DNA from: Eukaryota sp. GEM-RC1
Lineage: Eukaryota
Assembly (NCBI GenBank): GCA_040285855.1
Contig: JAUFOQ010000017.1
Location: 1,550,001-1,614,000 of the forward strand
Length of the DNA: 64,000 bases
Direction: 5' to 3'
The position numbers and the translations under genes are program-made. Under the pieces are notes generated by a model that worked only from the letters and a program-made list of their open reading frames with translations, ran no database searches and was not told the origin of the DNA. Of the stretch, positions 11,305-24,612 are shown in pieces (the first letter of the stretch is position 1; each line of letters begins with the position of its first letter).

Positions 11305-13870
11305 ATAAAGATAACTAACAAAATTTGTGCGCAATGAATTAAAGCTGCGAGATAATTCGAGAGTTAGTTCAGGCGGTAAACCACGTAAAAAGTGATTAAT
11401 TTTACCACCAAAACAAACTTGCAGCATAGCAAAAGAAACTTGTTTGCCTACATCTAGATCAACGATTTGGTTAAGCTGCTGAAAGATACAATTATTCTTA
11501 TGTGATAAAGTCTCCTTAATTTTGTCATCATTACCAATATAATTGCCCAAAAACTTGACACATTCATCTGAATAATTGGCAAACGGAATGGAAGATTCCC
11601 CAAAATTCAAATCAACTGAAGAACGTCCAATGACAAGACATTTTTGAAAATTTATTTACAAACCAATACTTGAAGACAATTCAACAAAACGAGGAAAACT
11701 CGATTTAATGATTTCAAAAGGGCCAACCAAAGAGGTATCATCAGCATACGAGTTTAACCTTAATCCAGGGAATTCGCTTGAGAATTTGCGAAGAATTCTT
11801 TGCAACAGCAAACAGAAAAGAAAAAGGGACCAAAGGATCACCTTGTTTGACACCACCAGTGGATGAAATCGTATGTTCGTGAAAAATTAGTGAAGATGAA
11901 CGTACATAATTTCAAAATAAGACAGTTCAAATTTAGGGAAGTTGTTCGGTGATGGACAGACGGATCATAGTTTAGATACTTTAGTTAGTGTCTGTATAAG
12001 AGTGTACGTGTATGTAATTCAGAAAATGAAAGAAGTTAAATTCTCCACATCAACACGAGAATTGTCCCTATACAACTTCGAATATATGGAACATAATTAC
12101 TTGGGAATGCTTCAGCGAACATAATTCGCTTAATCCATACAGCGCTATTAAACACCTTGCCATTAGAACGACATAAAAGACTAAAATCACTGAATAACTT
12201 AAAACCGGCTGGACCAATATTACCAAAAATTGAAATTGCAAATGGAACAAATGAAAACTTAGAATATTAATTTTCATTAAGCTTCTGCAAAGCATCCGCA
12301 TAATTTGAACACTTTCGCTGTTCAGCCTTTTCCAGATGACCAATCGAATCATTCAATATGGAGTCTTGGAAGACTTTTACAAACGGGTCAACTGTAGTAA
12401 AATCAACCACAACTTGAGATGAATCCAGGAAAGGAGCAATTAAGTCACCACGCCGAGAATCAAACACGTTATTGTCACTATAATGTTTCAGAAGAGGTTC
12501 AATTTGTTAGTGTTTGTTAGTTATTAACTTCTGCAAATGCGTTAATTTCACTGATTGATCATAAACCCCGTTTTTTGAAATTAAGACAGCAATTCAGGAA
12601 AATGATCTAACAGTTCCAAGTACCGATAAACACAATTGAACGCATTTTTGTAATCAACGTTCAATAATTTTCCACATTTGAATTTATGATGTCAGTCATC
12701 AGACTAGCACTTACTAGTATTGTACCATCTACAATTCCAATGCAATACTGAAAAGGTCTGAAATATTCCACAGCCTTACTTTTCACCCTTTCAAAACAAA
12801 TAGAAGAAAATAATCTATTCACACATTCGCCAATTGCAATTGGTCGAACACCATTACACGGTTTAGAAAAGCTACTAACCGACTATTTTTCAAGGCCAAA
12901 GGAAATTTGTGTGGTTATGAACAAATCAAATTGAAAAAGTATGCGAGGTCTTCAAACAATCTCAATTTTAAGATGGTCAAAGCTAAGACCCGATGGTCCA
13001 GCTGCTTTACCACTCTTAGCATTAGAAATGGCTTTCATAACGTCAGAAGGAGTAATAGGACGATCAGTCCAGCTGCTTTACCACTCTTAGCATTAGAAAT
13101 GGCTTTCATAACGTCAGAAGGAGTAATAGGACGATCAGTCCAGTATGACTGAGAGTTACTTAAAGAAGCATAGTACATAAAAAACCGGGCGTGTTTGGAC
13201 ACGGTGTTGAGTGTGAACGTGTTCTGAACGTGTTGTATTTTTTGAAGGGGTGGATGCGGTATTGTCAGTTGTTGATTGTTTCCAAGCTACTGTATGAAAA
13301 TGGTCCCAAATATAAAAACCTTTACTGCATAAAAGCTATTAAAAACTCTTTGGATGCGGAATTGATCGTCATTGATTGAATGTGAAAACCAGTTATCCAC
13401 TAGAGAGTGTATGCTTTCAAGAAATTTGAAATTTACACGACACAATCAGTGGGCAACCACATCTTAGTCTCCAATTGTTCGATGAAATGTGCTTCAATTA
13501 ACAGGAACGTGTAATCTGATGTTTGGGTTTGGAAAAGTGTGGTCAGTAGTGTTACGATGGAAAATGTTGTGTTACACGAGTTCACATGGAAGGGATGTAT
13601 TCAATCATTGAAAATGCCACATTTTTGAAGAGTGAATTGGAAGAAAAGTTTGTGTGGTTGGGTTTCGTTGTTGTAGCGGTGTTCAACACGGTGTTGAGTG
13701 TGAACGTGTTCTGAACGTGTTGTACCTGGAAGAACACGTGTTTTAGTGTACGATGAAAAGAAGGTAAAGATTCTTCAAAATGATGAAGATTTTGTAGCTT
13801 TTGAACAGTTTCCGACAGTAAATATCGATGCATTGAACGACACAACGCAAACGTTAACCTACTCAGAAGA
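11305..13870. mobile_element. Mosaic of nested retrotransposon fragments (family A on both strands, family F 3' part at about 12020-12505 on minus)
   Basis: Piecewise identity to 14099-17132. RRGDLIAPF..DFTTVD ORF at 12267-12467. 71-bp tandem duplication at about 12996-13143. Confidence 0.8.
13169..13755. mobile_element. MITE (hAT-like) inserted in a family A copy
   Basis: Imperfect 15-bp TIR CATAGTACATAAAAA / TTTTAGTGTACGATG. 8-bp TSD TAAAGAAG / AAAAGAAG (7/8). The flanks rejoin into family A sequence. Subterminal direct repeat ACACGGTGTTGAGTGTGAACGTGTTCTGAACGTGTTGTA near both ends. Confidence 0.75.
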
Positions 13871-13896
13871 ATTCCAAAAATAATTAGACTCTCAAG

Positions 13897-14045
13897 CAGT
13901 GATCGTCAAACCGTAAAATAAAAATAGCGTATTTACGGAATTGCCGTAAATACGGTACGTTGCTTTCCGTAATATAGAGTTTCCCGGAAAATACGGAAAG
14001 TATTTACGGTAAAACAATTCCGTAAAATATGTATTTTTCCATAAA
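13897..14045. repeat. End fragment of a CCGTA/TACGG-rich DNA transposon; related copy at about 48740-48895
   Basis: Shared CA(G/A)TGATCGT start and TTTCCGTAA.ATAGAGTTTCC..AAAATACGGAAA..AAAACAATTCCGTA segment. Confidence 0.6.
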
Positions 14046-14074
14046 CAATGCCAAAACGACAACAACAACACAGT

Positions 14075-17000
14075 GTAAAAATAATTTTTCCTTCTTTCAT
14101 GACTGCCATCCTTGGCAAACCTAAAAAGCCCCCTCCGACATCACATACTGTCACTTGTAGGCGGAAAACCCGTCAATGTAGTGTTTGTTCTTCTTTCGAA
14201 CACGATAAAAGAAACTGTCCAAAGCGTCTTGTTGCTGAGGATTTAGCTGTTGATGTCGGTCGTGTTTCTACAGTAACTTGTGATGACGCTCCTTTGAGCA
14301 CTGCTCTTCCATTGTCTGTTCCTCATAGCGAAGCTTCTTCATTTTGTAACTCTCGTAAGTGTCTCTTTTGCCTTTCTGTAATTGATACTTTAAACTCATC
14401 TGGTAGGCCTCTCTTGTGCTGTCCGTCTTGTACTCCTGTTGATGTTGCACGTCCTCCCTTTGCAATTCCAATGACCATAAATCCTGTCTTTGGTTCTTCT
14501 TTGGCTGTTGCTGTCCGTTCGATCACTTTGAATCTTCGTAAGGGTATTTGGAATCCTGCTTCCCTTTGGCGTTTCTTTCTACCTCATCAGAAAAAGAAAA
14601 AGTTCAAGAAAGCGAATGTCATCATCTTCTCAGAGTTCTAAGCGTAATTTGTTTCGTTCTCTAGTCTTTCGAGGTCAGTTTTCCTCAGCCCTTGCTGTTT
14701 TGGATGGTGCAGAATTAGCCAATAACACATCAGATACTGTTCAAAAGCTGCAAAATCTTCAACCTTTTAAAGAATCTTTACCTTCATTTAGTAACTCTCA
14801 GTCATACTGGACTGATCGTCCCATTACTCCTTCTGATGTTATGAAAGCCATTTCTAATGCTAAGAGTGGTAAAGCAGCTGGACCATCGGGTCTTAGCTTT
14901 GACCATCTTAAAATTGCTGTTACACATGCTCCTGAGGTTGCTGAAGACCTCTCATACTTTTTCAATTTGATTTGTTCACAACCACACAAATTTCCTGTTG
15001 CGTTGAAAAATAGTCGTTTAGTAGCTTTATCTAAATCGTGTAATGGTGTTCGACCAATTGCAATTGGCGAATGTGTAAGTAGATTAATTTCTTCTATTTG
15101 TTTTGATAGGGTGAAAAGTAAGGCTGTGGAATATTTCGGACCTTTTCAGTTTTGCATTGGAATTGTAGATGGTACAATAAGTGCTAGTCTGATGACTGAC
15201 ATCTTTTAAATTCAAATGCAGAATATTATGTATTGAACGTTGATTACAAAAATGCGTTCGTGAATGCGTTCCTGAATTACTGTCCTATTTTGAAATTATG
15301 TATGGTCATTCATCTTCATTAATTTTTCACGAACATACAATTTCATCAACTCGTGGTGTGAAACAAGGTGATCCTTTGGGCCCTTTTTCTTTTCTCTTTG
15401 CCGTTGCAAAGAATTCTTCGCAAATTCTCAAGGGATTTCTAGGATTAAGGTTGAACTCGTATGCTGATGATACCTCTTTGGTTGGCCCTTTGGAAGTCAT
15501 TAAATCGAGTTTTCCTCGTTTTGTTGAATTGTCTTCAAGTAATGATTTGTCAATTAATTTTCAAAAATGTCTTGTCATTGGACGTTCTTCAGTTGATTTG
15601 AATTTTGGGGAATCTTCCATTCCGTTTGCCAATTATTCAGATGAATGTGTCAAGTTTTTGGGCAATTATATTGGTAATGATGACAAAATTAAGGAGACTT
15701 TATCACATAAGAATAATTGTATCTTTCAGCAGCTTAACCAAATCGTTGTTCTAGATGTAGGCAAACAAGTTTCTTTTGCTATGCTGCAAGTTTGTTTTGG
15801 TGGTAAAATTAATCACTTTTTACGTGGTTTACCGCCTGAACTAACTCTCGAATTATCTCGTAGCTTTAATTCATTGCGCACAAATTTTGTTAGTTATCTG
15901 GTTGGTAACAAAGACTCTTCACTTCCTTCTCATTGTTTCACTTCTACTGCTTTTGGTGGTATTGGTTTCACGAAAGCTAAGTACATGCGTGAAGGTGCCT
16001 TTTTGGGGTCTTTAAAGAATTTTTTGTTTGAATTTCAGAATCGTTATCCTGTGTTATGGAAAACGAAAGATTTTTTACTTCACTCACCTTGTGCATGGTT
16101 AATTAGTCTTCAAAATTTAATTGATAGTCTTGACTCCAATTTGTGGTCAGATTTATTTCCTGTTGGGGTAACAGAAATTCAGCAGAGAAGCATTTTCTAT
16201 TTGCCTTTGTGTTCGCAAGTTACAGAAGAAGTTTGTTTTGTTTCACGAAAGCTTGGACTTTAAAAAACGTATTAGCTTGGCTAAGACTAAGAGTCCCGCT
16301 TTTTGTGCTTTTTTGAATGATATTTCTTCAAGCGCTGCGTCTTCTTTTGTTTCTCGTTTGCCAAGAAAATTTTGTTTTAATCTTAAGGATCATGAATGGC
16401 TTATAAACATGAAACTTAGGTTAGGTTTATGGCCTTCAGGTCTTTTGAAGCATTCTCCATGTCTTTGTGGTCGTTCAAAGGCTTCCAACTTTCATCATTT
16501 AGTTAACTGTCATCAATTATTCATTTTCGATCAATTATTCACAACAGTATCCGGGATACATGTTTGGATATGTTTAAGGCTAATGGTTTTCATGGAAAAA
16601 TTGAACCTTTACTTGCTAATCTTTCTGATCAGCCAAAAGTTGATAGAAGTCGTGGTGATTTGATTGGTCCTTGGTTATCTTGTCAGGAAATTATCATGGA
16701 TTTCACGACTGTTGATCCTTGTAATTCAAGATCAATTTCCAAAATTTTTGATAATGATTTTTCTGCTCTTGAAGTGGCTGAAAAAGGAAAAAATACAAAG
16801 TACTGTCACTTAATTAACCAATTGAATGTTGACAGGTACAATTCTTTTGTGTTTCAACCTTTTGCGATGTCGATATACGGTAATATTGGACCAGCTGCAC
16901 AAGGTTTTTTAACTTCCCTTTGGTAAATTGTGTTCTGAGTATGGTAAAGTTTTCAATGAAAATTTTTGGTTGAGTAGGTTAACGTTTGCGTTGTTTCGTT

Positions 17001-17132
17001 CAATGCACAGATATTTTAATTCAATTTTAGGTAAGTTGTTCGATGATGGACAGAAGGATCATAGTTTAGTTACTTTAGTTAGTGTCTGTTAGTTATTAAC
17101 TTCTGCAAATGCATTTATTTCACTTACTGATC
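14075..17132 (+). mobile_element. Near full-length CRE-like non-LTR retrotransposon family A (single ~1000-aa ORF 14099-17092, now frameshifted)
   Basis: N-terminal CSVCSSFEHDKRNC and CLFC..CPSC. RT motifs GVRPIAIGE, VDYKNAF, GVKQGDPLGP, SYADD. CLCG..HLVNC knuckle. RLE motifs RGDL..MDFTTVD..AEKGK..KY..FQPFAMSIYG. Confidence 0.92.
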
Positions 17133-17174
17133 GCTATGTTGGACTAACAAATATTTTTGAAAGCTGGCTTCCAA

Positions 17175-18495
17175 TAAATTGATTCTAGATGTAGTAGACT
17201 AAACAACTAAAATTTATCATTAAAACAACACTCGTCGCTATCAAATCTTACAACAGCTTTGTCCTCATAAAAGGAACTCACAGCTAATGAAGCATTGGAG
17301 ATGATTAGGAGAATTGTGTTAAAAATAAAACGATACGATTCACCCACAACATACATACGATCAGAACGTTTGTTCATCCTATTTTTACGATTTTTCCGAA
17401 ATTGTTGATAAAATTCAAAAGATTGATACAGCAAAGGGCATAATTCGTAGTCAACATGTTTCACATGTTTTAGATCCATCAATGGTTTCTTGTACTTATC
17501 CTGTTTGGCTTGTTCAGAACAGTCTAAAGGGGAAGTTTCAGAGTAAGCATTCTTTAAAGAGGTCTTTTACAATCATCAACTGACACTACATCAACAACAA
17601 CCAATTTGTCTGCAGACGAAGGGACAACAACATCTGCTCTCCGTTTACCGAAAAATTGGTTCTGTTTTTCGACATTACAATTATTACTTGGTTCTAAAGA
17701 TCTTAGAAGTGGTTCAACAAATGACTCAATTTTGTAAGACTTACACATAACATGTATTTGATCTCTTACAGCATCATGCATACACCTTCTATAGGTTATG
17801 CAGCGATTACAACTTAACAAATGAAAAAACGTTAATTGTTTTCCACAGCTACATTGAAGATCATTTGGCAAATTTTGTGGCCATAAATAACAACGAAGTC
17901 TCATTGTAGTGGTCCATTGACGATCATTTAATATTAAACCATATACTAGTGGAATTCGATTAATTGGTGCCACAGCAGAACTCTCCTTTAAATCAATTAA
18001 AAAATTAGCGAAAGCTGGATTTTTTTCCTTAGCGGACTGTAAAATCTAAACTTTCAAAATATTTTAATAAATTTTGTAGCTTCTTTAAAGCAAATTCTAA
18101 AGGCAAAATGTTTCGACATGGATTTTCTTTGATATCAACAGGAAAGCAAGATGACCATAACTCAGGAGAAAGATTTCCTATTTCACCTCGGAGATGATTA
18201 AGATAAAAGCTGCTAGTACTTTCAAGAAGAGAAGTTCTTGGTGGATATCGATTACAAAACTCGAATACAAAGTTCTTTCCACCACCAATGAATGTTTCTT
18301 TAATCCACCATTTAGAAGATGTAAATCCCAAGCCTCCAAGATGTACACTGGAAAATGTGTGGTTATTTAAAACGTTGGAGTGGTCTTGAAGAAGGATTGA
18401 AAGAAAGTCAGTGCGAATTTTTGTTAAAAGCTCTACAGAAATCATACGATAACTCAGGAGCAAGGGACCTTAAAAGACGAGAAATTTTTCCTGCA
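17175..18495 (-). mobile_element. 3' half of retrotransposon family B
   Basis: Reverse complement of about 28430-29780 with many substitutions. Confidence 0.9.
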
Positions 18496-20079
18496 AGTAC
18501 ACTTTGAATAATTTACTAATTTTGCAGCCCACAGAGCTAATCGCAGTCGTTTGTTATTCTAATCTTACAACAGTGATGATAACCACTAGTTGCAGTCGCG
18601 TTCTTTCCGTTTAATTAAATAATTACTAGATTCAGTATGATTGGGATTGATTAACACTGGTAGAATTACTTTTATTAGTATTTATCTATCTGAAGTATTT
18701 GTATGGACATGAACTAGCGCATTTTATTTACAATTACGATAGCCAGTACAAGAACTATTTCTTAATAGAATAGTTCTTACACAAATAAGAATATCAACCA
18801 TAGAAATGAAGTTCAACAGACGAAATTCACTTTTCTGCCGGCATTAATTCTTCTCACATGTCCACAAGAGGGTAAGCTTGAACTTGCAAGGACTGTGATA
18901 AAGTTTTCGGATCCAAAAATGAAAAACAACAACACGGTCCTATTAAAGGATTATCAGTTCCAGGGGACAAATAAGAATACCACCATTATTAACAGAGCAG
19001 AGTACATCATCTCATATTCATGTCTCAATTCAAAAGAAAGAACTACAATTCTCTATTTGTTAGATTACAATTGATTTTCCATCAGGACAAAACGCAAGAT
19101 ACACTTGTTCTAATTGGTCTTCATTAGTGAGTCTTTTGAGGGTTTTCTTGAACAATTGAACTTCATCCCTGTAAGGTGTAATTTGTATATACAGTATCGT
19201 TAGAAAGTCATAGTCATAGTCTGTATTTACTAAATACAGAAAATACAGAAATACAGAAAAATACAAAATAACTCGACCTAAGAAAACTTTCGCAAAAGTC
19301 ATGGTGAGAACTGTTTCTCCTTTAAAGTGACAATGACTAAAATTATACGGGTTCCACAACCAAACTAAACAAAACAAAACATCAATAATACCCGAACAAA
19401 TACCAGGAAGCCATTATATAGTTTGTCTTCTTTTTTGAGCAGAAACGAAGGCCTTTCCAACCTACTTTTTCAATCATTCCACATGTTGGGATTCCCCAAA
19501 TACTTCAGGAGGATTGGCTTATTTTTCATCATCAGCCGATTTTGTGACAACAATATATATATATAATATATTCATCAACTGTACTTGCATTTTATCTTCC
19601 AGTAATTCACAGTTGCATGTGCTATCTTCTTTGTCATCATCAAAAACAGCTTTGTTCTCGAGAAGAAGTATATCAACGCGAGATCTTGGACCATCCTCTA
19701 TGTGCATACTCATACCTCCATTGATAGTTAAAAAGAAGTTAAACACTATTTTTACCTGTTTTGTAAAGTTGATGCGTGTTAGATTGCAGATCTAGATAAC
19801 TATCCAATGTTGCGTGTGAAGGACATTTCGGCCTTTTTGACCTTTTGACTCTTGATGGTCAAAAGGTAGAAAGATAAGACCAATTGGTGTCAAGTATGTT
19901 TCAAAATTACGACCAACACGTAGAAATAGAGAAAACTGACCAGTACATCTTCTGTTTTGGTACCATTTTATCCATAAAAATACAGAAAATGCAGTCTTAA
20001 TTCAGCATAAAAAAATACAGTATTTATCGAGTCTGAGAAAATACAAAAAATACAAAAAAATACAGTATTTGTATTTTCC

Positions 20080-20740
20080 AAGTACAATTTCAAGTGTTTT
20101 TCAATTTCAAGAACTTTGATCTTATCCAACTCTTGTTGAATCGAATTCAAATAATCATCAAGGTTTTTGACAGTATCTTCCTTTTTACCAAAAAAACAAC
20201 CAAGAAATCTGAAACTTGGAAGCAGAATAACAAATTAAAGGGACTTAAATTGAACGAATCGTTAATAAATTTGGTTCTTTTCCTATAACGAAACATTTTT
20301 GGATATGTAAATTTAAACCAATCTCTTCATACAAAGTGGCAGCTTCTGCAGAAATTGGTCGTATAGTGTCAAAAGGTGCAATAAAAGAAATGTCATCCAT
20401 ATAAGCCACAATTTCCAGATCCTAATATTTAAATTTAAGATAGTTGAGGATGGGGTGAATAGCAAGGCAGAAGAAAAAAAGGACCAAGAGGATCGCCTTG
20501 TTTAACACCGGTTAGTGAAGAAAGATTAGCCGAGTTGTAGACCAAATCAGACGAATTTGTGTTTGCTATCTTTAAAGGTATGGTGACTTCCGTATCTAGC
20601 GCTTTATTATCTCTTGGCAGACATTATGAGGATAAGGTTGGTGAGAATTTCCAGATAGGCAATCTGGACTTTGAGGATATTGGTTATTAGATTTATGTAC
20701 AATGTAGTGTTATTGTCAATAACAATACAATACTTTAAAA
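20080..20740. mobile_element. Family B RT fragment (minus, about 20080-20557) followed by family G 3' end (plus, about 20558-20740)
   Basis: Matches 27945-28410 and the reverse complement of 38610-38795 respectively. Confidence 0.8.
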
Positions 20741-20971
20741 AATTGATTACTTCAATAAGACAGATAAAAGGAGTAACTTCAAAGTTCAAATTTGAATTGA
20801 GATAGAGTATTCATGTTCTTCTTCAGCTACTAGTAGTTGTTTGAGCAGCAATTTTTCCAAAACAATTAAAATAACTGTTTTTTAAATTAATGATTGAGTG
20901 TTCCGCTAGCGGCAATATCTCGAAAATATACATAATTTACATAAACTAGACTACAAAAACTAAAAAAATCT

Positions 20972-23900
20972 CTAAAAATCTTCTGATGAGGAATCTATAT
21001 AATGTACTTCACGTTCTTTTGATCTCCTTTTTGGAAGTTTTTTCGGTGGAGTCTTTGAAAGAGAATTTCTTCTAGTGACTTTTGGTCCTTGTAAATGAGG
21101 TCTGCTTTCTTGATTATCTTTCTTGTGGTGCCGTTTCAAGAAAGTTCTACAACAATTTGCTATCAACGGCAAAAATTCAGGAGAAATTCGAGTACCGATA
21201 TCAGAATCTCCAAGATTGTTCACAATTTTAAATACTTTTGGAATTCCAATGGATTCAGGAGAAACCGAATCCGAATCAGGACAGATTATTCGCAAACAAA
21301 TTTCAAATATTTCAGCAAGTTGAGATGTTTTGATGTCATCCTGATTGAGATTAAAAGCAGTGCATTGTTTCAACTGATTCAAGATATATTTAATTTTGGC
21401 ACAAAATTCTGCAATTAAAGATGTCGGTAAATTATCCAACAAAGTTTTAAGAAACATGGTTGAAATTTGAGACGAAACTGTAATAAATTCAGACTCTGTG
21501 ATAAATTTGACATTGGAACAATTGAAGATGATAAAACTGAGAAGCAAATAGACCATTTGCTGAAAATTGGGATTTGAAAACGACATTTTTAAAAGATTTC
21601 TGACCAATAAGTTCAATACACTTTTACACTGTAAAAACATGTCATTTCCAACTGAAAAAAACAACATAGAAAGAATTGAAGGTAACATGTACTTTGGTGG
21701 ATTTGCGATATCTAGTAGTTTTGAAAAGAAATGGAAATGGAAAAATTCATGATCATCAGCAAGCCCTGGAATTAATATCAAAAAACGATCAGATGGCAGT
21801 TTGTCAAATGGAAAATGTGTCTGAAAATTTAAAATATTAACAGATGCGGCGGTTCTCAAATAAACATATACTAAATCTGTGACATTGCCACTGTTTTGAA
21901 GATTACCTTTTCTAGCAATAATTCTAGTGAATAGTTTCCATATGGTTCTACCATCTTCATCAGCTTCATCTAAAGATTTGAATTGTAACAAGTAATTAGT
22001 AAAAATTGATAAGTTCTGATAAAATAGAACATACAATGTTGGTAATCGCTCAAAACAAGTGAAAATTAGGTCCTCAGAGAAATCCAAAAATTTTAAATCT
22101 GAATATTGAACAATTAACAAGGCCTTTCTTAGAATATCATCTTTGAAATCATTAAAAATCAACGGAAAGTGCAGAGCCAGCGAAGAATAGAACGCTGATA
22201 CTTTTACTAAATCCATCACGTTAGGAAACTCGTCAGCAGTGATTGTGATTTGATTGACACGATTACAGAGTCGTGCTGCCACCGGTGACTGCTTTTCTTT
22301 GTGTAGGAAAATCAAAATCGCTTGAATTAAATCAATATTTAACAAAGAGAAATTATTAGTAAAAAAGACATCAATTGCACTCAAAAACTTATCCGAAACA
22401 GTTATAACTACTGAATTGTTTGAAATAAATTTAAAAAATGGTGGAAACAGATTAGTCAAATTGGCATCAGTCTGTTGTATCAAAAATTTGAAATTATTCA
22501 AAATCTGGTGTGACTCGGATGTAGAGAAAGTAATGAAAATTGATTGAATGACAGATTCATCGGTCAATAAGGCAAACAACTTTGCTAAAATAATTAAATC
22601 GTCCGAATATTTAAAAAAATCATCCTGAAGAAGGTAAGAATTCAAAAAATTGATCAAATATTCAGAAGAGACACGACGAATCAACTTTGATAGTAGTTCT
22701 ACTCCATCATCCATTGCGTTTTTGGAAAGAGTCTTTGAGTAGAGGTCAACAAAAAATCTGATAAAGTCATCATAAGATGAATTTGAACAATTTAAAATAT
22801 CATTCGGAAATTCAACTTCTGTTTTTAATGAGCCAGTTCTCAAAAAATCTGTTAAATATTGTAGATGCATGGCATTTGCATCATCAAATATAATATGAAT
22901 AATCTCCACTTGAGAACTTCCTGATTGAAGTCCAATTGAATCAAGAAAAGTGCAGAAATTCACTTCATTTTTGGCTTCCAAGATATTAACAAGTTTACTC
23001 CGATGGGAAGCTTTGGTTTGGAGATAAATTTTAAATAATTGGCATAATTGTTTGTTTTCCAAAATTGGTTTAAATACTAAAACAATGTTATAAAAATAAT
23101 TCGAATTGACATTTTTGAAAAGAGCAGAAAACACCACATCTATAAAATTTAAATATTTCAGTGAAGCACAATCATGAAGAATTGACCTAAATGACGTTGT
23201 CATAATTGGAAACAGAAAAAGATCCAGAAGTTCCTTGGGTCAGAATGAAATCGATCACGTCAGCAATCACGAGTGAGGTTTCCAATCCAACTGAGCTTTT
23301 CTTGTCGCGTAATCGGCTCAAAAGTGATTCCCAATAATCGGTCAATCGATGAGTTACTTTCGAATTTTCAAGAAAAAGAGAGTTTAGAATGCCATGATTA
23401 ATAATATTTTTTAAAATTTGAAGAGATTCAAAAACGACAGAATTTCGAACAGATGCATGACTATCTTCAAAGCCAAGACAAAAATACTGTAGAAACAAAT
23501 CGAAAAGATTTACACAGTCAGTGGAAAATGTAAGAAACGCTTCATTTTCAAGTGTCCAATTTAAAATTTTGGATAACAAATCAAAAATTTGATCTCGTAC
23601 GGAGTATGAATCTTCGATGACAATTTTGATAGACGATAAAACAAAATTTAATTGATCCAAAAGAAGTTCAGACACAGACTCAGATTGAATTAATTGTTTC
23701 GTGAATTGAACAAACAGGAGCGTAACACGGTCCAAAATTAAATTATTTTCAGAATAGAAGAAATTTGAAAGTTTTCGAATGACATTATCAGCTAGTTCAA
23801 AGTTAAACTTCACCAATTTAGAAAACAAATCAACAAAAATATCAAAATTGTCAGAGTTTCCGATTTCTTCTGAATAATGAACTGACAACTCATTGGCTAG

Positions 23901-24551
23901 CTTCATTAAAAGGTATCGTCATCGATGACGTTCACAAGATCAAAACAGAACGTTGGCAAGGCTGATTTTGAATCCATTTCCATACTGGATTTAATCAAAA
24001 GCTGAAATGCTGACGATGGCAATTGGTCAATTTCACTTAGAAAATCTGATGTGAGAGTCAACAGATTTCTAGAGACATCATTGGATAAATCAGTTCTTGA
24101 ATGGGCAACTGTCAATACTGTATTCAATAGTGCTAGCACGTCATCCTCAGAGGCCTCAGTAGCAAGAAGTATAAAGACTTCAATAAGTACGAGTGAATGA
24201 ATAAAGGATTTTGAGGAAGAGAAGAAGTCGTGGGTGGGGTCACACAGATATCTGAGTTGTTCAATGAAGAGAGAAAGAATTGTGGAGAGTTGCGAGGGAG
24301 GAGAAGGGCGCTTCTGGAGCTGAGATTCTAAGAATTTCACTAATTGAAAGGGCTGTGAAGTGACGAACTTCGTCAGATTGGTGATTAACAAGCTTTGAGG
24401 AGGTGAGGATGGGTGCTAGGTCAGAAAAGTCTACATCTGTAGTTTGAGGAGACGAAGAAAGATTGTCATAAACTTTCCTGATATACGGTGGCAGCTTTGA
24501 AGCTGATGATATGACGTTCAACAGTTTGCTAGTGTCATAGAGAGTTGTCAT
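20972..24551 (-). CDS. PDS5: Sister chromatid cohesion protein PDS5 (split by 3 apparent single-base indels)
   Basis: KLVNHQSDEVRHFTALSISEILRISAPEAPF N-terminal signature, RLRDKKSSV, HEAT-like body and basic C-terminal tail. ORFs 24261-24599, 23906-24391, 23187-23906 and 20972-23203 join with 1-nt corrections. Confidence 0.85.
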
Positions 24552-24612
24552 TACTATAGTATTTAATGGGAAAGTGTTGAGAATTTCTCCTGTGAACAAT
24601 TGACATCTCCAT

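Noticed and set aside
14040..14100. Self-cleaving ribozyme or spliced-leader target at the 5' end of family A
   Set aside because: The sequence is AT-rich with no HDV or hammerhead pairing visible and no repeated SL-like unit.
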